DNA of 62,334 bases, filler included, from Sluysia triapertura (taxonomy: Eukaryota): the NCBI GenBank assembly GCA_046118255.1. It is 5 parts of 5 records of this genome, joined end to end, with 100 filler letters (N's around TTAATTAATTAA, not from the genome) between each part and the next. Parts side by side here need not be neighbours in the genome. Positions count along the whole stretch, not along the records: positions 1 to 11,246 come from JBJNIA010186847.1; positions 11,347 to 23,507 come from JBJNIA010133622.1; 3 more parts are not named here. The stretch is one strand, 5' to 3'. The number at the start of each line of letters is the position of its first letter. Position 1 is the first letter of the stretch. Under the pieces are notes generated by a model. It did no database searches, had not been told where the DNA came from, and saw only the letters and a list, made by a program, of their open reading frames with translations. Position numbers and translations under genes: made by a program. Positions 1-12,788 of this stretch are shown here, piece by piece.

Positions 1-171
1 CTGGTTGCATCGCCTCTCAATCTTACCAGCTTAGTGTCGCATACAAAACCGTTTGACGCAAACATTGTTTCCCACCGAGCAGTTTACTGTATGACACTGA
101 GCATGCAGCCATAAAAATTGACCTTTGCACAGTCATGTGAAACAAAATGTCTGGTTTGAGCCCACATTGAG

Positions 172-507
172 TCAGCTTCTAGTATGCACGGACCTCCACA
201 GAATGAAGTACATCTGAGTCAAACAGCCAATCAGAGAGATCCCCTGCCAGTCAAACAGGAAGTTCAGCAGCATGTGGGGCACGAAGAACAGTGGGAGACA
301 GAGTTCAACGCAGGCCATCCCGGCGATGAGGATGCTCATTGGTTGATGAAGGCTTCTGTGTGAAAAGACCACGTAGACCAGCAGGACGTTGGCCGCCAGC
401 GCCACCAGGAACATGAGGAAGAACGGCAGGAAGAGGACGGGCCTCAGTGGCCCGAGTTCTTCAAAACCAACCAAGACAAAGTGTTGGTGTGAAGAGATGT
501 TCTTCAT
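172..507 (-). pseudogene. Truncated teleost-type olfactory receptor (N-terminus to start of TM3)
   Basis: The ORF has OR hallmarks: N-glycosylation site NIS, FVLVGF, TM1 ending ANVLLVYVV, SLHQPM, and ISLIGCLTQMYFI. Similarity stops at about 200; I found no MA(Y/L)DRY motif in 1-200. A splice acceptor (ctcctttgtttacAG, AG at 544-543) lies just upstream of the ATG. Confidence 0.85.
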
Positions 508-1244
508 CCTGCCTTCAGTAGAACAGATTTGCCCTCAGCAGCCTGTAAACAAAGGAGAGACAGCAGCAGATAAAAACAGCTGCCTTCATGTGTTTAACAA
601 AATACTGTTCTTTAGCACCAAACTGCAGAGGTGATTCCAAGGAAGAAGAACTCTGATGGATGATACACGTCAATGTTTGGATGAAAAGGTGAAAGTTGTA
701 TTTTGTAAATCAGTGCTTCTAACACGCGCTAATCCGTGCCATTGACGGAGGGATGTGAGGGATACACAGTTTGTCAAGTTTGAAATCAAACCCCAGAAAA
801 AACAGACATTTTGATTGTGTTCAGGATGAAACTAGAAAATATTTACGCAAACTAGCAACTGAATATTAACTTGGAAGCTTCTACAGGAGACGTGAGAAAC
901 CAAATTATGAAAGATTATTATTTGCAGATAATTTCGAAAGAGCAATAAAAATGATGTGAGAAAAATTTTTAATTTTGGTCAGGCAATGGCTGATTATATT
1001 ATAGTATATTATATAATTCTTAAAACAAAACTGCTCTTTCAACAAATTTATCCACTTATGAATTTCAGTTGGAAGCTCATTTTAAGTATTGTTGTTTCGC
1101 TTATTGGACATTTTTTTGAAAGTTTTACGCGAAAGACTTTTCGAGACGGAAGAACGTAATAATAAAATGACTAAAATAGACCGAAAACATTAAACTGCAT
1201 AGTGAAAGAAAACTAAAAGAAAAAGTGTTATAAACACCAAGATA

Positions 1245-4200
1245 GTAGATAACGTAAAATCATCAGTTTTAAATATATATCAAATTAATACTCATTAAGA
1301 GATCATTCTAAATATGTTATTGAAATTGACGTGTGACGAACCGATGACATGTTGCGCATTGTGTCAAGAGTTATTGAAAATAAGTTATATATTTGATTAA
1401 ATTTAAATTCAATTTAAGTTAATGTATTATTATAACTATGATCTTTAATTTTATTATTTTATTAAACTCATTATCTTTGGATAATTTCTGGATAGTATTA
1501 AGATGGAAATTAAAGATTAAAGATTAATAAATTCGGTCGCCATAAAACCGACTCTAAGAAATAAGCATCTGTTGTCGAAATAATTAAGTCGAATTCCCGA
1601 TTTCCTATTAATTATCTAAATATTGTATTAAATACCACATTTTATGCACAGACGGAAAACTATTGTAACAGTTAATACTTTTGCTGTGAGAAGACTGATT
1701 CAACATTGAGTGATTCTTACAGAATCTTTAGAAAACTGACTAAACATTTATTTTAAAGCCAACTTATTTTTGTTTAGTAGGATCTTGAGTTTATTGATTT
1801 TATTTTATTGAATTATTTTGAGATTGATTAATAGCAAAGTATAATTATTTATTGTAAGAGATTGAGTTAACAAATATATGATTTCTAATGTATTATATTC
1901 GGATTTAGACTCATTTAAATGTGTTTTATTATTATCGTGTTAATTTAAAGAATATTAAAAAGATAAAACCACAAGAGTAAGAATACATTAAGTAAATTGC
2001 GGAATGATTTATTTGATTCTTCATTAAATAAATTAGTTACGAAGATTAATTTATACTCAAATAATGATTGTATTTATGCAGATAGATGCATCGATTCCAA
2101 GATGGTCCAAAATAATATAGCACAATACAATAGCACAATAAAATCAAGATGTATTATTTGAACCAAATGAGTTACTAGCTAATTTGTATTTATTGAGTTT
2201 ATCTCATGAAGTAGTAAATTCCAAAAGCAGTAAAATACCATTTGAATGGTTAATTTTAAGCAGAGGCACACAATTAGGTCATTATTTTCCCCTTATTAAT
2301 TAATTATTCACAGACAGTGATGTTTATCTTTTTATTTGAATAATTGATAATTTATTGTTTCGTGAAAGTTAAAAATTTATTGGGATTTTGTGCTAATTTA
2401 ATTATTTAGTTATTGTTGATAATTTTGAATAAAGACAGTCATCATGAATATCTTGTATTGTATCCTGATTATTAATATTGATTTATTTATGCGAGTTATA
2501 ACGTAATTATTAAAATTGTCGAAATGGGCGTTATTTAGAAGGAGACTGATTAAATTTTATCTCATTTAGAGAAGCAATTGATCAAAATCCGAAAGAGACA
2601 TTTTCATTACGGTTAGTCACTTACATAATTCTTATTTTATTAGTTTTAGTACGAGCGTTGACATTTATTGTGATGTGTCATGCCTGAGATTTATAGATTT
2701 AGAATTTTGTAGAGAGTGATTTATATTGAGGCATACTGTTATTAAAGAAATGTTGAACCGGGTTCTCGCAGCGCAATTCGATGATTGAAAAAACATGTAT
2801 TAATATAATAGTTTAAGTCTCTTCTTTTTTGAGGAGCAATTTTCTTTCTTAATTCAGGGTCACGATACCGTGCAAATTGTTGTACCAGGGTCTTGATTTC
2901 GGTCTTGTGGAAGCCAAGTGCCTTGTTAAGCCTGTCATTCTCGAGATCCAATGACACTAAAGCTCCAACGACGAATGTATTCAAAGACACCTTGCACTCT
3001 AGTTGTTCCTTCAGTTTGTCCTGAAGATCAGTATACTTCGCAGTATTAGTGATTCGGACTATTTCGAAGTTTTTCTTCAGGTCAGTGAGGTTCTTGACAT
3101 CAATCAAGAACAGTTATGATAAAGAAGTACCGTGGGACTATGTGTCAGGTCGCTGAGCATCACGATAATTGGCCTAGGCGAATCCTTGATGATCGAGAAT
3201 CCATTCAGTAGTTAAGGATTTTGTGTGCCGGTACTTGTGTGATTGTTGGGTTGAAGACCTGAGTGTGCTCAATATGTGTTGAGACAAACTCATTTCAGAG
3301 AATGGGTTGGTTTCAGGAACATAGGACTTTGACTTAATCCATTTTGAAGTTGACTCGGTGCTTATCGGTGAAATGGCATTTGATGCGGCTGGTATCGTTT
3401 TTGTTTCTTATTGTGAGACCATGAATATTGCACTGTGGATGAGTACATTTGATATGGCCAGATGTAAGGATTCTGATTTTGGTAGAAGTGTCAATGGTGA
3501 TTGTAACTGCTGATGTGCTTGTGACACAACTTATTTAAATTTTAGCACCCGTATTAATGCAAAATATAAACGCTAAGAAAATATAAACTTAGTTCTAAAA
3601 ATAAAAGTCAAATACTAAAAAATAACTTTAGTGTCACCGTTATCTACGGATGAACTAAGGTAGCTTCCCTACACTTGAAAAGTTAATTTGATTCTTATTT
3701 ACTTTGCTTATTCACTTTGCTTTTGATTTAATTGCAGAAATGTAACTGCTTATATAGCAGTTTTTATGGCAACTAGTGAAATTAAAATCAGAAATTGGAC
3801 AAGAAGGAAATTAAAGCTGTCGATTTTTTAGTCTGCAATAAGCCGACTAATTTCGTCGATTAAATGTCGGCAGCGATTTCCGTCTAAGTTTAACTTCATT
3901 ATCATTTCAATTATCTAAAAATAATGGGATTTGTGGTAAACAATCCCCTTATCTTCTTAATATTCCCTAATTAAAATTTAAAATCATTGTTACATTAATT
4001 TTATAATAATAACGCAACTTTTTAATTTAATTTAACGATAAAATCAATGAAATAATAAATTTATTTCTCACAGGAGTATTCTGCATTAATACGTTGTGCG
4101 TCAATTTCAATAACACATTTGAATTGATCTCTCTATAAGCATCAATTTGATATATACTTTATTAATACTTAGACATTGAAACATATTTTTCTTTAATTTT

Positions 4201-4245
4201 AAATTATAAAAATTAATTAAAATAACTAATTTCTACGTTATCTAC
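1245..4245. repeat. Pair of diverged inverted repeats (1245-1331 and 4099-4245)
   Basis: 1271-1331 (aaatatatatcaaattaatactcattaagagatcattctaaatatgttattgaaattgacg) aligns with the reverse complement of 4099-4160. gtagataacgta at 1245 matches the reverse complement of tacgttatctac at 4234-4245. Confidence 0.7.
2742..3300 (-). mobile_element. Decayed 3' fragment of an RLE-endonuclease non-LTR retrotransposon (R2/NeSL/R4-like)
   Basis: Minus strand reads QRPD...LFLIDVK (PD-x-D-xK nuclease core, with stops), then TAKYTDL...FVVGALVSLDLENDRL..LG, which fits the RLE C-terminal K.Y..L...FVVGALGSW...N motif. Confidence 0.8.
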
Positions 4246-4949
4246 GTTGACGTGCTTTGCAATACTTCATCATTAAAAACACTAATAAAACTCAATATTA
4301 TATACTAAATCCAATATCATTTTATAACGAGCAAACATTTTTATTGATTTATCCATTTAAACAAATTTTAATTAAATTAATTAACAATTATACTGTAATA
4401 TTTTAACAAATAAACCCCTTCAAAGGGTTAAGTCTTCGTATTTCTCATTATTTTATCTTGATTTAAGTATTTTATATTCTTGTCTTACCATTGCAGTTCA
4501 TTAAAATAAACTATCTTAATTCTTCAATAATGTTGTGTGGTTACCCTGAGTCCTGACATTTACATCTACCTTTATCCTTCACTAATCCCAACAAAGGTAT
4601 CAAAGTAAATGTAAATAAGTATTTATTGTCTATGGTGCTTCTGTTTATGCTGGTGCTGCCGTTTCTGCTGCTGCTGTTGATTGATTATTTATTTATATAG
4701 AATCATAACATTTCATTACATAAAAGGAAAAATTGGAAGATGTACAAACATTCTTAAAGAAAAATAGACAATTATGGTTGTTCTCGTATTGGAAAATTCA
4801 AAGGATTTTAATAACATATTAAAGAGGGAAAAAAGAAACAATATATTTCACCACAAAAAAAGAAAAGGTACGAGAATTAATAGTTAAGTGGGATATTGAA
4901 GAGAATGATCTTTATACATATTAAAAGGAGATTCTAGGGCTAGCTTGAT

Positions 4950-6540
4950 ACAAGTCATGCCAAACCAGTAATATCAGATTTACGGAAACCTACCTTTTTA
5001 AGGACAGAATCATTTTCTGGATCCCAAGAACGAACTACAAATGGGTCTAGGGAGATGATACATTTGAATTGGTCTTGGAATTTTTGCCTCAGGTCAGAAT
5101 ACTTGGTAATATTAAATGTTCGGGTCGCATGAAATTTTTCATAATCATCAATAGTTGTGAGGAATTAATACCTTTCTCTTGAATATCAGGTCGCCTATAA
5201 TCTCCAACTAAAAGTGTTTGGATATCTTTTTTCACCTAGAAGCCCATTTATTTTAGTTTACTAAGTATGCATTCAAGAATTTTATTATGCACTACTGTAC
5301 GGCCAGTGATGGTACGTGGGCAAAGACATAATACATGGGCATGAGTTTCGCGTTCGAAGGCACACAAACGACAAGTAAGAGGAAGATTAAGTCGAATGTT
5401 TTGGGGGCAACAATTAAGTTTCAGATTATTATTCCTGGATTTAGTCATGAAAATCCAACACTGGTTTCTTAATTGTAGGGAAAAGTACGACCAGATAGAG
5501 GACTTTCATGAAATATTCGATGAAGCGACCTTGAACTTTACTGGATTTCCAGGAATTGGTGTTGAAAGGTTAATCAGCTCATGCAGATATTTCCAAACTT
5601 TATCTTTATGAAACCAATTAAAAGTGGCTTCGAAATCTCTACGGATGTCACATTTAATATTCAGTTTAATGTGTCCTCACAATAAAAAAAGATGACACTG
5701 ATTTTATATTTGTGGAACATGTTAAGGATTGATTAGTGAATTTTTGTCCACCATGTCTGAAGTTGTGCGTGTTTGTCGTTTTAACACCATTTCGCCATAA
5801 AGTGGCATCAGACATATTATCAACCTTATTCAGCGACTCGAAGTATTTCCTGTAAAGCTAGGGTGCAAATTATGATTGTTTGACTATTAAAAAATCGGAA
5901 GGCACAGACTGTATTCTGGCAGATATAGTTATTGTAATAGGAAATTAAACTGAAGCCACCATGAATTTTATGTGCAAAGAAAAAAGAATTGTTAAATGGA
6001 AAGTTTTTCGGACCGAGGAAGCATTTTTCATCATATCCAATAGTTTGTGGAAGGCTCTTGGATTGCCTTGCGCGAGGACTAGATAAGGTTTGGGTGTTTA
6101 TATTCATATTGCGCAAATGAAAGGGAAGTCGAGAATGAATAAAGTTGCGAAACATGATGAATTTGTTTCTGAAACTTAAAGTAGAGTCCTGCATTTTACG
6201 GGCCAGAGTTAGGTTTTCATTAGAAGGTCAATCAAATTATGTTTCTTGAGTTCACCAAAGGGAACACCGAGGTAGATCGTGTTTTCTCCATCTTTCATGT
6301 TCATAATTGGTTTATAATTTATAAGAAGGTAAAGGTTTGTATTACCTGCGAAAATAGGGGCGAAAGATGAGATTTCACATGCTCTAATATGGATGTAAGT
6401 GTTTGCTGGAGGTAATTATGTGAAGTATAAATTAGTTCAATATCATCTGCTTAAGCAAGAAAAGGGGGAACCTTGACCAGAATTAAATCTGTAAAAGAGA
6501 TAATCAATGGTCGTGGGCTAGGACATCCCTGTTTGGATTG
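4950..6540 (-). mobile_element. Decayed RLE-type non-LTR retrotransposon (RT, CCHC knuckle, endonuclease)
   Basis: RT motifs QGCP (6531-6520), LA*ADD (YADD with the Tyr codon read as TAA, 6453-6442) and YLGVPF (~6270); thumb region with IHGGFSL; CRLCAFERETHAHVLCLC zinc knuckle followed by VHNKI; RRPDI; TKYSDL...FVVRSWDPEND. Many frameshifts. Related to the 2742-3300 copy. Confidence 0.9.
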
Positions 6541-7394
6541 GAACGAGATCAGTTACAAGTTTGTTACATTTGTAACTCATATAGGGTATGTTGATGAGGG
6601 ATAGTGTGTCATATCAGTTGGTGGGTATAGAGCCAAAGGCATTGGCTAAGTTAAAAAAATTACGTGGAGCTCATTTTTATTAGTTTTACGGTGATTGAGA
6701 GACGCAATAATTTTGCTCAGTGCATCCGTCGGAACGTAATAGTGCGACCTGGTTAGATTAAGTTACTGGTTAGAATTAGATTAAGTTACCACTATTTATC
6801 CACGAACAAAAGCGATCGTTTAATAAGTTGGGACTTATATTAAACTGTTACGAAAGTATTTTCTAATAATAATAATAGAAATTCCCAAAAATAAAAATAT
6901 TTATCACAATAATGAATCCTTTTCTAATATTATAGATCAAATATTGAAATCAAAAACAACCAACAATTTAATATATTTTAAACAATCTACAAAATAATGA
7001 TTATCTGAAATATGAAATTATTAACAATTACCAAAAACAAAGTAAATCTATAATAACCATAAATATCAATTTGTAACTTAACCTTAATCTAGTTATAACA
7101 CAGAAATAAAGTCTCTAAAATGTCAATTTAAAATCTTATGAAACAAAGTTACTTCACTTATCTAGATTAAAATCAACAGGAATCCCCTAAAATAACAAAA
7201 TTGTTTACAAAATATGAGAGGGTGAATCCCACAAATGTACTTTATTTTTAACTAAATATAGAATTATTTAAAATAAAATGTAAAAAGTTATAAAAAATAT
7301 ACCTTATTAAAATAAATATTTATTTAAAATAAAAATTTATTTTAAGTAAATCAATAATAAAATTTAAAATATTATGGCAAAAAAATTAAAAAAC

Positions 7395-7980
7395 ATTACC
7401 AAAAGCATGGATCTTCTTTTGTGGCTTCTTGTGAATGTGAGTGACTAAAATGCCTAAGTATTCTAATTTGTACTTTTTCTCATCCAATCATTTCTACATT
7501 CGTAATCAGTAATTACTCTTTTATTCACAATCATCAAAACCTCTTTTAAAGATTAAACCGACTCAAACAACTTTGACACTTACATGGTAAGACATGTCAA
7601 GCAACACAAAACAATTCGATTAACAATCAACTCTCATTTTTCTTTTACTCGACTCGATCTATTTTTTCACGAATCACTTCTTAAATTAAAATACAATTAT
7701 TATTATTGACGTAATAAAAATAATGAATTTAACTTTAGTTTTTACAGTTTAATTAATTTTCATTCCTCTAATGGAAAATGTTTAAGATTCTCATTCCCAA
7801 GCAAACAATTTCGCAAACATTTCAACTTATTTTTCGGATTCTCCTCTTTCATAGCAATCATTTCCTATTCAATTAATTATCTTTTTATCATTCTAAATAT
7901 GAAAAATTCAGCATTTTGTAATAAAAATTAAATAAAATTATATATGGAGGCTTTTCTCGCATGAACTCTGTCAAACCATA
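7395..7980. repeat. Interspersed repeat family A, copy 1 (possibly a LINE 3' end on the minus strand)
   Basis: Colinear with 58438-58993 through shared blocks such as catggatctt, aacaactttgaca, catagcaatcatttc and gtcaaaccata. The minus strand reads IWFDRVHARK in this copy and VWFDRVYAKK in the other. Confidence 0.8.
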
Positions 7981-8112
7981 TCTTCATTGGAAGATCTCTT
8001 CAAAATACGTGCATGCACAATTACAAATTTAACATATCATTCCTCATTCAAAAGTTATTTACACAAACGTAATTTTAATTAATTAATTAATTATTTTAAC
8101 TTATTTTATTCT

Positions 8113-8470
8113 AAGTTTAAAGGTTGTATTATGGTTCTAAAGTGGTTAAATACTTTATAAGGTACTCAGGAAGCTCTAAATGTTTTCACCTTCGCCACTC
8201 TGATTCCTTTTTCTACTTTTTTATTTCAATTATTAATGTATTAAATTTATCTTTGATTTTATGAACCATGATTTTAATTCTTGAACATTTTACAAGGTTA
8301 CTCGAAGGTCTCAAAAGTGTATTAAGATCTTAAACGTCTTCAAAGTTTCCAGCAGATCAATAAGGTCTCAAATTATCCCGAGGTTCAGAAATTCAAATGT
8401 ATCTTCATACTTCAAAACATCTTTTCAGACCTTACTTAAGTCTTCACAAGGGTCTCAATACTTTACAAAG
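8113..8470. repeat. Interspersed repeat family B, copy 1 (empty site for the tRNA-bearing insert)
   Basis: Colinear with 54642-55150 and 60333-60672 (aaggtt..att..gttcta, aatgtttt.acctt, ggtctcaaatt, ttcaaatgtatctt). It has a single ATTT at 8271-8274 where the 54.8 kb copy carries an insertion. Confidence 0.8.
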
Positions 8471-11169
8471 AAACGATAATAAAACTTAATGTATGTCTTA
8501 TTTTTATTAATATGCATTCTATAAAAAATGTTACATCTTAAAGACAGACTCATTGATAATTCCCATATTCGTGAGTTCCGCAACATAAGCATTTAAAAAT
8601 TATTGTCAAGATTTTTATATCTACCATTGCTTTTATTTTAAACGGTGTAATTCTATAATAGAAGATACTATATGAAAATTATTCTTGCTGGTTGCTTCCA
8701 TTGTAATTTATCTTTATGGATCTGAGTACAATATATGAAGTTATTAAAATTTATACTTTTCGCTATCAATGAATAAACAATTAGTGTTGTTACACTTTTT
8801 ATTAATAAAGTTTCTAATATTTGATGCTCTATTTAATTTGTATTTACATATTTGAACAATGCAATTAATATTTTCTTCCATATTAGCACTGTCACTATTT
8901 ATAATCCATTAGTTCCTAAAGATTCCTTAATTAACCAACAGATTATTTATTAAACAACGCACTTATGATATGTCATTTAAATAAACAAACTTATACAAAA
9001 CTTTTCTACATGCTTGAGCTAGCATTTTTATTAAACAAATTAATTTTTTTACAATACACTATATAATCATGAATTATTCATACATTTATATAAAATTAAG
9101 AACATTAATACTGAAAAGTATGAATTCTGACTTTCCTGTATTGATTTTTAAATATTTATTCTCAAACCACTTTACTTGTTTTTCTATTCTTTTAATATTA
9201 TTATTGATTTCAAAGTTCAAAGTTTTCTTAACTATTAACCTACGCCAAAATAAATTCTGAACAGAGTCCGGTTAAAGTAAGCGACGTTGCTGTAACTAAA
9301 AATTGACAAATATTAACTTGAAGTTTATCTCTTAATTTCTATTCTTTCAGCTACTTCATACGACTCAGCTTATGTATTAATTAATTAATTCGAGATAATT
9401 AATCTTCGAAACATTGAATTAATTGCTTTTAGTATGTTATTTCTTAAACAAGCCTACTTTTTACATTTCAATAAAATGAATGCAAATTTTCAACTGGTTT
9501 AATCAATTAAAAAGTACATGAATTATTATCGGTAATTTTATTAATAACGGAAGAATTCAAAATAGGCAGAAAATCAAAGTAGATTTTGCCTCTCATTAAA
9601 TAAGAGTTAAAAAAATTTATTAAAAAAATGATTCACTTTCAACTTTGAAAGTTAAAACTCTTTAACAAACACAATTTACTAATTAAATGCAAATACGAAA
9701 AATCCAAACCAAACTACAATGATAGCATTAAAATCGTGTTTTTTGTAAAAATTATTCTTTATGACTCATTTTAACTAGCAACCAATCAAAAGTGAATGGA
9801 ATTCCAGAATTTTCTAGAATATTCTGCAAGTCTTTTTCTTCTTTCGAAAATTAACTCCATTTTTGTATTTTTAAAGATTTAAAATTTTTTTATTTGACTT
9901 CTCAATACTTAATATAAGATAGTTCTTTCTTTTAAATATGATCAGATCACTTTACTGTATTAAATGAAAGACATTCTTTGGAGATTAATATCAAATGATT
10001 TACTTTATCAAAACTACAAACATAACGCCATTATAAAACATTTATTACGACAAAAGTGTGTTTAAAATATTATAATTAATTCTTGAAATAGCGTTTTCGT
10101 TGAAAGATAGGCTCAGCGGGCAGATTGATATACTATGTTTACTTTTTCTAAAACTTTTGGCAATAAGAATGTTGCATTTGATGCAGATCTAGAATAATTT
10201 TAACATGTCGAAACACCATACTTCAAATGAATTCTTTTTCATTTGACACAAATTTTAAGTGATTTAAATTATTAATAATTTTTAATAAAACCAGAATTTA
10301 AATTAAATAATTCAAATTATTTTTGATAAATTCGGTTAGTTTTTGATCACTCAAACTTGTTGACATTTCCGACAATCTTTACCAAATTGTCTTTATTATT
10401 TCATTTAATTTAAGTTTTTCTTTTGGATTTAAATATATTTTATCTTTTAACTTTCAATACAACAAAAAAAGTATCTTTTAAAGTCACTTGACGTAATTTT
10501 ATCATTAATTTTAATTTTAACAGTAATTATAATCTAAATTCTGAATGAATTTCATTTTTCACCAAATAATTCATTTATAAATTAATAAATATTCTTAACA
10601 CGTTTTGAAATACTAATATTACAAAGTTGCAAAATATCACATATGCAGAGAAAACACGCTCGTAGATTTCCATTCGTATGCAATATATGTCGTAAATAGT
10701 CACACTGAACAGGAAACCATTTTAAAACATGATTTTTTTAAAATAAATCAAATGTAACAATAAAGTATTACAAATTTTAACGAAACTTAAGAGAAACAAT
10801 AAAAACGATTTTAAATTTACCTAAAAAAGTAAATGAAGCAGTTCATTTTTATTGCAATTGCAACCAATAAAAAAATCCATCTATAAATATTATTAAAAAC
10901 AAAACTTTATTTATTCAAAAACTGCCAGAAAATAATAAATCATACAATATATAGATCTTAAGGAATTTAATTTAATACTTTATTTAAATAAACAAAATAA
11001 GTTTATAATTTAAATTTAAAAAATACTGTCGCAAAAATTCATTTTATAAAATATGAATCAAATATCGCTCAAACAAAATTAAAAAGGATACTTTGTTTGT
11101 TGAAAAATTAAATATTATACAAAACTCGAAAACTTTATCCTTAAGATCGAGTCTAATTATCAATTGATA

Positions 11170-11228
<59 letters not shown>

Positions 11229-11246
11229 TAATAATAATGATAATAA
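11170..11246. repeat. (AAT)n microsatellite at the end of contig 1
   Basis: Seen directly. Other (AAT)n tracts lie at about 12728-12787 and 39938-39971. Confidence 0.95.
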
Positions 11247-11346
11247 NNNNNNNNNNNNNNNNNNNNNNNNNNNNNNNNNNNNNNNNNNNNTTAATTAATT
11301 AANNNNNNNNNNNNNNNNNNNNNNNNNNNNNNNNNNNNNNNNNNNN
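11247..11346. other. Artificial contig spacer (44N-TTAATTAATTAA-44N)
   Basis: The same 100-bp structure occurs four times, and the 12-mer puts stop codons in all six frames. Confidence 0.98.
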
Positions 11347-11429
11347 ATCTTTTAACAACAAAAAGGATGTGTATAGCTGTGACACTACAGGTAGTATGAT
11401 GTGTATCGAAATTGTAAATTTTCTTCAAG

Positions 11430-12190
11430 ATATTTATTATTGTTCCACCGTATTATTTTCATTACACAATTCGAAAATTTTCTTTAAAGATAAATCCCAG
11501 AGCATATTAAAATTTGTATAAAATAAAGTCATCAAAAATCTTAATAAAAGTTTATTCGAAATTTGAGAGCCACTATGGAAATTTTTGCAAATCTCATTTC
11601 ATAGTTTGAAATTGATGGTACTTCTAATAACACTTCTATTTTGTAACAGTCAAAAATCGTAGAAATTAATAACTTGTCATTTATAACCTCTTGCCATTTC
11701 TAATGTTGCGGCAACAGTTGCTCGATCTAAATATGTAAAATTATCTCGAGTTCCAATTTGCAATCTTGGCAGCTTGAACGACAACCTTTGCTTTGTTTAT
11801 AAAATGTGTAATTTTAGTGCTCGACATTAAAATGAATTTGAAGGTTTGACGGAATAAACTCCGTTACTTAATAACTGTTCGATGAACCGAGCTGGACGAA
11901 GATTCGATAATTTTTTCATAGAATAAGCTGTAAAAATCTTAAATATAGCATCAATTTGATCGATTGAAAGTAGTGTTGAATTGATATACTATACCGCTTC
12001 CATTTGGAAAAGTTATAGAGCATTTCCAGTGTGTGTCGTGAATATCACTGTCATACAAAGAGATAATTTTATCACTCGAATTATATCGCCACAATAACTG
12101 CTATAACGTAGCGAATGTGTCGTCTCGTAATGCAGAATAAAATCTATATTCTTCAATAAGTAGTTTATAGTGTGTCGAGAGCTTGACAGT
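11430..12190 (-). pseudogene. Decayed intronless coding fragment, probably UTP20-like (SSU processome)
   Basis: Manual translation across stops and frameshifts gives IFDCYKIEVLLEVPSISNYEMRFAKI and LLLRFLMTLFYTNFNMLWDL, resembling my recollection of the UTP20 segment VPLRYLLGMLYINFSALWDP. Unverified. Confidence 0.45.
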
Positions 12191-12249
12191 TACATACGGT
12201 ACGGATCTGTTGTCATAATCCGGTTAGATGTTTTCCATTATATTCTTCC

Positions 12250-12455
12250 AATACTTCTTTGTATACGTTGGTGGTAGCGGGAAGGACAATCAAGAGTGGT
12301 AGAAAGTATAGAATAAAAGGTAGTTAGAAGGCACATGGATAGAAGTTAAGAAGTGAGAGTGAATAAGAAAAGGAGTTATAAAAGAGAATTAAGAGAAGTT
12401 TAAAATGTTTTTATAGAAATTTCATTGTTTGACTGAAAAGATTTTAAGTCTTTCA
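12250..12455. repeat. Interspersed repeat family C, copy 1 (purine-rich, with a tRNA-Leu PBS-like TGGTGGTAGCG)
   Basis: acttctttgtata..tggtggtagcg, then a purine-rich tract, then tttta.agaaatttcatt. Shared with 41970-42180, and more weakly with 46690-46800. Confidence 0.7.
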
Positions 12456-12727
12456 GTTGCTGCGTGATTTGGTGTACTGTGAAGTGGTAAAATTTTGCAT
12501 ACTGAGTTTGGTCACCGCACGAATGTCTACTTTCAATTGGTGGATTGATGCATTCAGTTTTACCAGTCCCTGTTATAGTTCTGTTAATCGTAGGTCGATG
12601 AATTCGAACTAATAAAAAAGCCTTTCGAAAATATAGTTTCATTTTTAGAATTTATCTCTCTCTTCTTTGACATTTCATCATTGATTTTGTTTGTATAAAT
12701 TTTAATCAACAAAAAAATTTGCTAATA

Positions 12728-12788
<61 letters not shown>

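Noticed and set aside
389-634. 81-aa plus-strand ORF, and similar antisense ORFs such as 14444-14737, 5396-5611, 41397-41579 and 50903-51169
   Set aside because: These are opposite-strand shadows of the OR, Tc1, RLE, TUBGCP2 and INO80C coding sequences.
11291-11302. Palindromic TTAATTAATTAA recurring four times
   Set aside because: It is always centred between two 44-N runs, so it is an assembly linker and not biology.
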